In this document: piece after piece, positions 25,156-32,000 of the stretch
Numbering within the stretch: the first letter of the stretch is position 1
Layout: every line of letters starts with the position of its first letter
Assembly: GCA_037441475.1 (NCBI GenBank)
Contig: JBBISB010000001.1
Coordinates: 126,418 to 158,417, forward strand
Direction of reading: 5' to 3'
DNA: 32,000 nucleotides
Origin: Candidatus Iainarchaeum sp.
GTDB taxonomy: Archaea; Iainarchaeota; Iainarchaeia; Iainarchaeales; CSSED10-239
Made by a program: the position numbers and the translations under genes
Notes under the pieces: model-generated
Told to the model about the DNA's origin: nothing
The model's input: the letters and a program-made list of their open reading frames with translations, nothing else
Databases searched by the model: none

Positions 25156-28100
25156 TTATTTAAATTTATCAGGATTATGCCATAGTAATAACTCTGGGTT
25201 ATTTCCTGAAATATTGAAACATACATTTCCTGTAGGTATCTCCTTAAAGACATCATTCATTGTATTGTATGTTAATTTTGGTTCTACATTATTCATTACT
25301 AAATTATAGATCATGAAATTATTACTCACTACTGTTTTTGTAAATGCAGTTACATTCTTTGTATCTCCATTATTGATTTGTGGATTTGCATACAAAGCAA
25401 CTTGTAAAGATGTTTTATCTTTAAGTAAGAATAATCTATTCATGTTGTTTAAAACCTTAAGATCAGTGTTATTGTTTGTTTGAACTATCTTAAAGTTATA
25501 TGGTTTATTAAAGTAAAATGGTCTTGAGTCTATGAAAGTATAGTTTGCCATATCCTTAAAGCTAAAGATATATCCATCTTGTATTGTGTCTGTAGATGAA
25601 TAATCTGTAACATTATAAATTCCACTTAAGAAAGGAGCATTATATAATGTATTGCTTTTAGACATAGTATATCTAGGGTTAATTGGCATACTGAATAATA
25701 TGTTTTTATTATATTCATCAGGAAGTGCCCTTACAAGACTTCTTATCTTTATAACAACATTCTTACCAACACCTTGTGAAGCATGTATTAAATAAACACC
25801 TGGTTTTGAAACATTCATAGCTCTTTCATAAGTAAATTCATATGTTTTAACAACAGTACTACTGTTATATGTGTTTAAGATATTAACATTTAATGGATCA
25901 TTAGTTTGTCCAAACTTCTTCAAGCTTGAAGTAAACACTTGTGGAGAAGATCCAAAGTAAACTTCCATGTTTGCGTATACTTCTGCTCTTTGGTTATCAT
26001 TAGAAAATTTATTATGTAAATTATTTAAGAAATACTCAGCAGTGGTGTATTGATAGTCCCCAATTGTAACTACTGCTAAATAATCTCCGCTTGGATTATA
26101 TTCAAGACCCTTTGTCTTAATAATGGTTATTTCTCTTAACTCCTGAGGAATAGAATTAAGTAATTTTACAGCTTCATCAATATAACTTTGAAGAGTCTCT
26201 TTTCCTTGCCTATTAAAGTCTTCACAAACATCTCCGTCACCACAGAAATCAACTTTTATATCTGATCTTTTTATTGTTTGCCAATCTTTTTCAAAGTAGA
26301 TATCTCCAAGTTTTACATATTTTGAAGTATCTTTTAAACTATCTAAACCAACTACCTTCTTTTGTAAATAATCATAGAATTGCTCTTGATCACAGTACAT
26401 GTTATCACAAGAGGTTGCAGTTATCTTTGAAGAATCATACTCAAATAAGATTTTATCAAATCCATAATCGTTGTATGCTTCTAAGCCAGTTTGTCCAAGA
26501 TTTGAAGAAAGGTCAGGAGCTAAACATTTAAGAGCACCAGTAGCTATAGTTTCTCCATCAGCAGTTGGTGTTACAGAACCATCAATACTCCTATCACTTA
26601 CAGCTGTTGAAACACCAATAGAGATATGTGATTCTAATTTTGCTTTTTGATTCTCACTAGATGCCCAAAGCTCAAATACTTTATTAATATTAGAGGTCTG
26701 ACCTTCTTTGAAAAGATCATAAATTGTTATCTTACTATTAACAGCTAAAACATTATTAAATGAATCAACTGGTCTTGTAAAACATAATTTGAAAATATGT
26801 CTTGTTGGTTTTAAAAATCTAATACTTACCTTTAATGGATTATAAGTATCCTTAAGGTAATAAGTACCATTATCATTAATATAAGAGGTATCCTTAATAC
26901 CGTTTAATGGAAAGTCTTTAACATAACCAAAGAAACATCTAGTAACTTCAGTTTCTTGATCCATTCTTTTAAACTTATCAGCAGTCAATTGATTTTCAGG
27001 AACATGTATCATAACAGCTTTATTTTCAGAATCTAAGGTGTAAGTTAACTTAACAGATGTATCAACAAACATCATATCTTCATCAGTTACATTTTCATCA
27101 GTAAACTGTTTTATTAAATCCCAGTTATCCTTATTATCTAAGATAAGCCACTGGAAGTTATCTGTAAGTTGCATACCTACATTATTATAGATTAAAGAGG
27201 ATTGTCCGTGTGGTGGTTGAAGACCAACTTGAAGCACAAACTTTAAGTTAACTGTATCCTCTACATCTATTAATATTTTTCTAAAGGATGAAACTATTCC
27301 TGCTGCTAAAGAATACTGTGAATATTTATTTAGATATTCCTTTGCAGAAACTGTGTTTTTAATCTCTGGATTTCTTCTTAATGCAATTTCCCAATATTCA
27401 ATTGGTTTATTAGTTGTAAGTTCTGTAAAAGTATCCACCTTAATAGGCTGTATCTTACCTTGCATCTCTCCAACAGTTAAGAAAGAAACACCATCAAAAT
27501 CAAGATCCATTAAATCAAGATAACTAACTTCAACTAATCTATAACCATCAGCAAAGCAAGTGTTCATAACTTTTACCATTTGGTATTTAGGGTCAAGTAT
27601 ATTTGAAAAATCTAATTTTTGAGGAGTTACCTGTATACATTTTGAAGGCATAAAGCTTATTGGTAAAGTTACTGAAACAGGCACATTTCCTACAAGTCTA
27701 TAATTTGCTTTATTTACTAAAGATGGCTTAACATTAACAGGTATATTGAAAGTACCCATTGACTCTCCACCTAAGATAGTAGTTTCTTTACTTTCACCAG
27801 GCTCTAAACTAAACTCTGCATCAGAAGTAATTGTTACACCGTAAGATGCATCAAGCTTAATTGTAACACCCTCTAAACAGTTGTTCTTAATATAGAAAGG
27901 TCTTACAGGACAGTTCATGTTGTTTGACATACCCATATTACCATAGTTATCTTGAGGGTAACCTGACATAAAATTATAACTATTATAGTTACCAAAAGTA
28001 TTTTGATACTGTGCTGTTGGGAAGTTATAAGGGTTAACTGTTGATGCTTGAGGACCAGCATAACCAAATTGTCCAACTAAATTGTAATTTGGATTTCTGT

Positions 28101-31100
28101 ACCCTTGTTGTTGAGTAAAGTATCCTTGTCCTGCTTGATATGTATTATGAGGATTAAATTGATTATTCATGTTGTATGGAGTATTAAAGTTATTTCCTCC
28201 AAAGTAAGGATTATTGTATCCTGAGGAGAAGTTATTACCACCATAATATTGATTATAGTTATTAAATCCTGAAAACCAATTACATGCAAGAGCAGGAACT
28301 GGTTGTTTAGGCATTTCTATACATTCAGCATAGTTGTTAACAATAACCTCTAATGGAAGTCTTGCCTTAACTTCATCAACACCATTGATATTTCCTTTCT
28401 TAGATGTGAAATATATGGTTGGAGTCTTAATATTTGATGCTATTTTATAAGCTTTAAACTTTAATTGTAAAGTTGATTTTGCATTCTTTAAAAGAGAGGA
28501 TAATATAGAAACTTCTTTTAAGTCTTCTAAAATATATTCTTTACCAGAAACAACAATAGATAAAACACCAGCTTCAGATTCATTACCCCAATCTGCCATA
28601 GCGTTAATAGATGTTAAATCAATTGCAATTTGTCTTGAGGTACATTTATTCTCTACTGTAAAATCAAAAGTAACTGTTTTATCAGCCTCTGTTCTTATGG
28701 AAGCTGAACTTGGAAGTACTTTTAAACAATCTAAGGAATCAAGAGCATTTCCTAAAACAACTCTAACTGTTACTGGTATTGTAACAAGCCATGTCTTATT
28801 CATTTCTTCGCTTCTTATCCTGATTGCAACTTCGTTTTTAATAGTTTGTTGAGTATAAAGATTCATTCCTGCTTCTGTTAATGTAGCAGTTAAGGTTATA
28901 TCATTTTGAGAGTTTCCATTTATGGTATAATTTTCAATATCTAAAGCTAACTTTACATATTGATTATCTAAGCTTTGAGATACAGAAACTATAGATAAAG
29001 GAACATATGCTTCGTTAAATAAACTAAAGTTATAAACTTCTCTAACGTTTACTGATGAGTCTAAAGTTAAAGTTATTTCCTTAGGTATTGCAGTGATTAA
29101 TTGATCATCAACAACTAAGGAGATGTCTTTCATCCTATATTCATTCTTTGTAACAATTATTCTAACAACATCCCCTAAGTCAGTTGCTGGAAGAACATAA
29201 CCATACAAACCTTGTGAGTTTGTAAGAGATACAACTAAAGGATTATTGTTTAATAAAATATTAACATTCGCACCATTTACTGGCTTATTACTATGATCAG
29301 TAACAGCAATCATTAAATCATTTGCTATAAATGGAATAATTTTTCTTGGTACCATTTCAACATACATTTCTTTAGCTTCCTTAACATCTATAAAAATGTT
29401 TCTTGAAAACACTTCTTGTCCGTTTGAAACTATTGAAATTGTAATAACATCAGAAACATCATCAATAACCTTAAAATCAATATCTCCTGAAAGAATATCA
29501 TTAGAGGTTAAAGATCCAATCTCTATATTTGAAAACTCATTTCCTCTTAAAAGATTACCTGTAACTGAGTTGATCATGTATTCTTTTAAAACAACTGAGG
29601 AACCTGTTGTTATTACCATTGTTGAATTAGGAGCAATCTTTCCTTCTAAAACATTTAAGTTAAATGAAAGTCTATAATCATTATTAATCTGTGCATTATA
29701 TCTATCAATTATGTTTCTTGAAAGATTTGTTTGGTTGCTTGTTATTGTAAAAGCATAACATAAAAGTGAAGAACATTGGTTCTGTGAACCAGTAAACAAC
29801 ATTGCTTGCTTTGTTTGTGCATATAAATTTTGTTTTGTATTTCCAGAAGTATAAGAGGTATCAACAGGTGATCTTACTATACTTGTACCCTCATAAAACT
29901 CAGCCCTATAGTTTAAAGCTTGGTTTATAAAAGCACTCTCTAAAACAACAACATCAGCTTCAATTAAATAACTTCCTTCTAAAGGATTGTTAATGGTTAA
30001 GTTAAACCACTTTGCATTTCTTAAAGTCTTGTTTGAAAGATCAGTTGTTTGTCCTGAACATGGAGTGTATGAAGTTGATCCAATAGTTTCAGACTTAGCG
30101 TATCTTACTTCCTTAATAAATAAAGCATCCTCTAAAACAGTATAAGTGGTTGTACCACATACTGGGTTTGGTGCATTTCCTATTCTTAAGTGTGCTACAA
30201 CTTTTGAAAACTTTTTAGTAACATTTAATGAATATCTAGCAGTTACTTGCATACCTGGAGTTACAGAGTTTATTTTTTCTCCTAAAGCATTATAGAAACC
30301 TAAAAACTCAATACCTGATGTTTGTGAAATTCTTGATGGTAAAGTAAATGAAAGATTAACAATCTCATTTGCATTAATCTCATATCTTGAAGTTATAAAT
30401 TTAGAATCAAAATTATCAATAACAAAGTATACTTGCTTATCTGCTCTTATCTTTATTAAAGTAAAACCCTCTGCGTTTGTAGATGTGGTTTTATCTGCTA
30501 AGATACTATCGTTTAAAGTATCATAAACATATACGTTTCCTTGGTAGAAATCCCCAAACTCAGTTTTTAAAGTTAAGTTAAAGGTTCCTTCTCCAATTGT
30601 CATCTTTATTACTTGTTCATTTATTTGTTGTTCAACAATTCTAAATGGATTTGTAAACTCAGAAGTAAATTGTCCTTTAGATGAATCAAGCTTATATGTT
30701 CTACTTATATCTAAGTTTGTTAAAACAGCTTTACCATAAACATCAGCAGTTATTGTTTGAAGAATAATGTTTTCTTCAGCATCCCATAGTCTAATGGTTG
30801 CAAAATCAACTGGTTTAAGTAAATTATCTTGAACTGTTATAACAAGGCTTCTTAAGTTTTCATTAGTTATTGGGTTTAAAGAGATTTGTTTTACAGAGTC
30901 ACTTATTCTTAAGTTATTCTCTGTTTTTAAAATATAATTAGGATTATTAAAAACAACCTTGTAAGTTATGTTTTCTTCAACACCGAAATTTACAAGACCT
31001 TCTTTGTTTGAGATTAATGTTTTTACAAGTGTGCTTGTTTTGTATAAAGAAACTGAAACATTTTCAATAGCTTCTTTTGTTTTAGAATCAATTACTTTAA

Positions 31101-32000
31101 ATTTAAGTTGACCAATATATGCCTTTGTTAAAAGAACATCTTTATTTTGAAGAGCTGAATCAACAATTGTTATTTGTATATTTTCAAGTTCTGTTATTGG
31201 TCTGTATCTATCATCATTATCATATATAACAACTCTGTATGTTCCTATTGTTATGTTTTCAAAAAGAACAATACCGTTTGTGTTTGTAGTTGCTTCTCTT
31301 ACAACTTGACTTTGCATATTAACAATTGAAACACTAACATTTGAAATTGGTGTTTTTAAATCATTATCTAAAACTTTAATCGATGCATTACCTGTTTTCT
31401 TTTCTGCAAAGCTTAACTCAACATCTCCTGATAAACCATCTTCGTTTACTGCAACAGAACCAACTGCATTAACTGTGGATGATTCTATTGAAACTTGTAA
31501 GTAACCACAATCAGCAGGTATGTCTGTTAAGGTTAAAGAACCGTCGTTTGTTAAAAGATTATTTTTTCTATAATTACTGTTATTTGAACAAGTGATTGTT
31601 GAAACTGTTAAAGGAGAATTATATAGTTCGTTATTTGATTTAAAATATATTGTTTTTGAAACTGTACTAACTGTTAATTTAAGATAAACTGGATAGTTAT
31701 TCTTTTTACTAAAGTTAATAGTTAAAGGAGTCTCTATTTGGTATTTAGAACTTTTAATACCTAAAGGCATTTCCTCTTTCTTAATACCAGTAACCTCTGC
31801 TATTCCTAAAGAGTTTGTTACAAGAAGTTTTGGAGAGTTGTTAAATAATATTTCTAAACTCTCATTTGAGATTGGTTTATTTTGGGAGTCTACAAAAGTT
31901 AAAGAATAGGTCTGATCAGTAACAACTGAAGATCCAAATAATAAGAATGCTAAAAATACTATTAATAAAAGTATTATAAGATTGAATAATAGGAAGGTTG
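25156..32000 (-). CDS. giant surface protein, paralog A, 5'-partial (>=2280 aa): true start lies beyond the window edge
   Basis: The reading frame stays open from 31770 up to position 31998 (my own translation). The extension encodes TFLLFNLIILLLIVFLAFLLFGSS (a TM anchor like the paralogs) followed by a first beta-sandwich repeat. Downstream lie CarboxypepD_reg-like repeats (SIKVLDNDLKTPISNVSVSIV), Cys-bracketed domains, an N/Q/Y/G-rich segment and a divergent short C-terminal module (PGVYLI, FSMPINP, VCFNISG). TAA stop at 25156-25158. Confidence 0.9.
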   Translation of the reverse strand, partial: TFLLFNLIILLLIVFLAFLLFGSSVVTDQTYSLTFVDSQNKPISNESLEILFNNSPKLLVTNSLGIAEVTGIKKEEMPLGIKSSKYQIETPLTINFSKKNNYPVYLKLTVSTVSKTIYFKSNNELYNSPLTVSTITCSNNSNYRKNNLLTNDGSLTLTDIPADCGYLQVSIESSTVNAVGSVAVNEDGLSGDVELSFAEKKTGNASIKVLDNDLKTPISNVSVSIVNMQSQVVREATTNTNGIVLFENITIGTYRVVIYDNDDRYRPITELENIQITIVDSALQNKDVLLTKAYIGQLKFKVIDSKTKEAIENVSVSLYKTSTLVKTLISNKEGLVNFGVEENITYKVVFNNPNYILKTENNLRISDSVKQISLNPITNENLRSLVITVQDNLLKPVDFATIRLWDAEENIILQTITADVYGKAVLTNLDISRTYKLDSSKGQFTSEFTNPFRIVEQQINEQVIKMTIGEGTFNLTLKTEFGDFYQGNVYVYDTLNDSILADKTTSTNAEGFTLIKIRADKQVYFVIDNFDSKFITSRYEINANEIVNLSFTLPSRISQTSGIEFLGFYNALGEKINSVTPGMQVTARYSLNVTKKFSKVVAHLRIGNAPNPVCGTTTYTVLEDALFIKEVRYAKSETIGSTSYTPCSGQTTDLSNKTLRNAKWFNLTINNPLEGSYLIEADVVVLESAFINQALNYRAEFYEGTSIVRSPVDTSYTSGNTKQNLYAQTKQAMLFTGSQNQCSSLLCYAFTITSNQTNLSRNIIDRYNAQINNDYRLSFNLNVLEGKIAPNSTMVITTGSSVVLKEYMINSVTGNLLRGNEFSNIEIGSLTSNDILSGDIDFKVIDDVSDVITISIVSNGQEVFSRNIFIDVKEAKEMYVEMVPRKIIPFIANDLMIAVTDHSNKPVNGANVNILLNNNPLVVSLTNSQGLYGYVLPATDLGDVVRIIVTKNEYRMKDISLVVDDQLITAIPKEITLTLDSSVNVREVYNFSLFNEAYVPLSIVSVSQSLDNQYVKLALDIENYTINGNSQNDITLTATLTEAGMNLYTQQTIKNEVAIRIRSEEMNKTWLVTIPVTVRVVLGNALDSLDCLKVLPSSASIRTEADKTVTFDFTVENKCTSRQIAIDLTSINAMADWGNESEAGVLSIVVSGKEYILEDLKEVSILSSLLKNAKSTLQLKFKAYKIASNIKTPTIYFTSKKGNINGVDEVKARLPLEVIVNNYAECIEMPKQPVPALACNWFSGFNNYNQYYGGNNFSSGYNNPYFGGNNFNTPYNMNNQFNPHNTYQAGQGYFTQQQGYRNPNYNLVGQFGYAGPQASTVNPYNFPTAQYQNTFGNYNSYNFMSGYPQDNYGNMGMSNNMNCPVRPFYIKNNCLEGVTIKLDASYGVTITSDAEFSLEPGESKETTILGGESMGTFNIPVNVKPSLVNKANYRLVGNVPVSVTLPISFMPSKCIQVTPQKLDFSNILDPKYQMVKVMNTCFADGYRLVEVSYLDLMDLDFDGVSFLTVGEMQGKIQPIKVDTFTELTTNKPIEYWEIALRRNPEIKNTVSAKEYLNKYSQYSLAAGIVSSFRKILIDVEDTVNLKFVLQVGLQPPHGQSSLIYNNVGMQLTDNFQWLILDNKDNWDLIKQFTDENVTDEDMMFVDTSVKLTYTLDSENKAVMIHVPENQLTADKFKRMDQETEVTRCFFGYVKDFPLNGIKDTSYINDNGTYYLKDTYNPLKVSIRFLKPTRHIFKLCFTRPVDSFNNVLAVNSKITIYDLFKEGQTSNINKVFELWASSENQKAKLESHISIGVSTAVSDRSIDGSVTPTADGETIATGALKCLAPDLSSNLGQTGLEAYNDYGFDKILFEYDSSKITATSCDNMYCDQEQFYDYLQKKVVGLDSLKDTSKYVKLGDIYFEKDWQTIKRSDIKVDFCGDGDVCEDFNRQGKETLQSYIDEAVKLLNSIPQELREITIIKTKGLEYNPSGDYLAVVTIGDYQYTTAEYFLNNLHNKFSNDNQRAEVYANMEVYFGSSPQVFTSSLKKFGQTNDPLNVNILNTYNSSTVVKTYEFTYERAMNVSKPGVYLIHASQGVGKNVVIKIRSLVRALPDEYNKNILFSMPINPRYTMSKSNTLYNAPFLSGIYNVTDYSSTDTIQDGYIFSFKDMANYTFIDSRPFYFNKPYNFKIVQTNNNTDLKVLNNMNRLFLLKDKTSLQVALYANPQINNGDTKNVTAFTKTVVSNNFMIYNLVMNNVEPKLTYNTMNDVFKEIPTGNVCFNISGNNPELLLWHNPDKFK
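25159..26526 (-). other. shared C-terminal module, short and most divergent form (aa ~1749-2204 of paralog A)
   Basis: CLAPD...ILFEYDSSKITATSCDNMYCDQEQFYDYLQKK aligns with LDW...YCDATQ. Also PGVYLIHA, LFSMPINP, DVFKEIPTGNVCFNISG. Confidence 0.55.
27913..28272 (-). repeat. N/Q/Y/G/F/P-rich low-complexity (prion-like) segment, aa 1167-1286 of paralog A
   Basis: SGFNNYNQYYGGNNFSSGYNNPYFGGNNFNTPYNMNNQFNPHNTYQAGQGYFTQQQGYRNPNYNLVGQFGYAGPQASTVNPYNFPTAQYQNTFGNYNSYNFMSGYPQDNYGNMGMSNNMN. It contains only one R, one D and one H, and no K or E. Conserved Cys flank it (ALACNWF ... NCPVRP). Confidence 0.85.
30337..31925 (-). repeat. protein-level tandem array of about 80-95-aa CarboxypepD_reg/prealbumin-like beta-sandwich repeats (paralog A)
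   Basis: Recurrent pattern h-x-h-x-V-x-D-(x)n-P-h-x-x-A/V-x-V-x-h...T-(D/N)-x-x-G-x-h-x-h...G-x-Y-x-h. Examples: GNASIKVLDNDLKTPISNVSVSIVN..TNTNGIVLFENITIGTYRVV; LKFKVIDSKTKEAIENVSVSLY..NKEGLVNF; LVITVQDNLLKPVDFATIRLWD. Boundaries are approximate. Confidence 0.7.

Noticed and set aside
454-25158. C-terminal sorting signals (LPXTG/sortase, PGF-CTERM/archaeosortase, PEP-CTERM) on the giant proteins
   Set aside because: All complete C-termini end in polar, Cys-containing sequences (…YNCPTTSNP, …DSLKCS, …GACIVN, …IPIQIIK, …WHNPDKFK). None has a terminal hydrophobic helix plus basic tail. Anchoring appears to be N-terminal instead.
3612-29677. Twenty-one plus-strand ORFs of 62-120 aa in the six-frame track (e.g. 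3612-3800, 5858-6109, 16811-17059, 20404-20748, 22381-22743, 26274-26531, 29396-29677)
   Set aside because: All but two are entirely nested antisense within the long minus-strand ORFs; those two (16811-17059, 19789-19989) run only a few nt into intergenic gaps. Their translations are low-complexity Leu/Phe/Ile/Ser-rich mirror images of the sense frames. I saw no SD-like motif upstream of any of them, and none resembles a protein family I know. The minus-strand ORFs of 1-7 kb are far too long to be chance in this composition.
1-32000. Recent segmental duplication, an IS or transposon, a diversity-generating retroelement or a phage origin as the explanation for the paralog cluster
   Set aside because: Paralogs are recognisable only at protein-motif level. 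The short shared codon strings are limited to conserved motifs, and there are no long near-identical DNA repeats. I saw no transposase, integrase or reverse transcriptase ORFs, no terminal inverted repeats, no template/variable repeat pair, and no capsid, terminase or tail gene signatures.
1-32000. rRNA, tRNA, CRISPR arrays or other structured RNA genes
   Set aside because: No spacer-repeat periodicity is visible, and there are no GC-rich structured islands. Non-coding space totals under 300 nt, in gaps of at most 70 nt, which is too small for these features.

Overview
AT-rich prokaryotic window (roughly 30% GC by eye, not computed). Every credible gene is on the minus strand and about 31.7 of 32.0 kb is coding. 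Eight ORFs sit in one co-directional array with gaps of 15-70 nt, and five of them have a GGTG/GAGG/AAGGT Shine-Dalgarno-like motif 6-9 nt upstream. Reading 5'->3' on the minus strand: (1) a giant protein running off the window edge (>=2280 aa; the ORF-track start at 31770 is an internal Met); (2) a 1704-aa giant protein; (3) a 964-aa secreted protein; (4) a 2426-aa giant protein; (5) a 125-aa secreted protein; (6) an 816-aa secreted protein with Cys-rich flanks and a Gly/Asn repeat core; (7) a 2129-aa giant protein; (8) a 120-aa small membrane protein. ORFs 1, 2, 3, 4 and 7 (about 9,500 aa together) are divergent paralogs built from four parts: a short cytoplasmic tail with a single N-terminal signal-anchor helix; a tandem array of about 85-aa CarboxypepD_reg/prealbumin-like beta-sandwich repeats; central Cys-bracketed Ig-like domains; and a conserved C-terminal module (LDW, YCDATQ, PG.Y.V, MPFNG...GYGV, WTGVG.C.F.G, YLRT.FY.P, terminal Cys) that I cannot assign to any named family. 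The adjacent 1704-aa and 964-aa genes are collinear with the single 2426-aa gene, so they look like split and fused versions of one architecture. In the fused protein an internal Gly/Ala-rich double-TM hairpin sits at the junction. One paralog carries a 120-aa, almost uncharged N/Q/Y/G-rich prion-like segment. I saw no rRNA, tRNA, CRISPR, transposase, integrase, enzyme or transporter genes. The standard genetic code fits (seven TAA stops, one TGA stop). The best reading is a dedicated, apparently uncharacterised cell-surface locus for attachment or cell-cell contact in a low-GC archaeon (DPANN-like or methanogen-like) or a CPR-like bacterium. Taxonomy and function are inference only.
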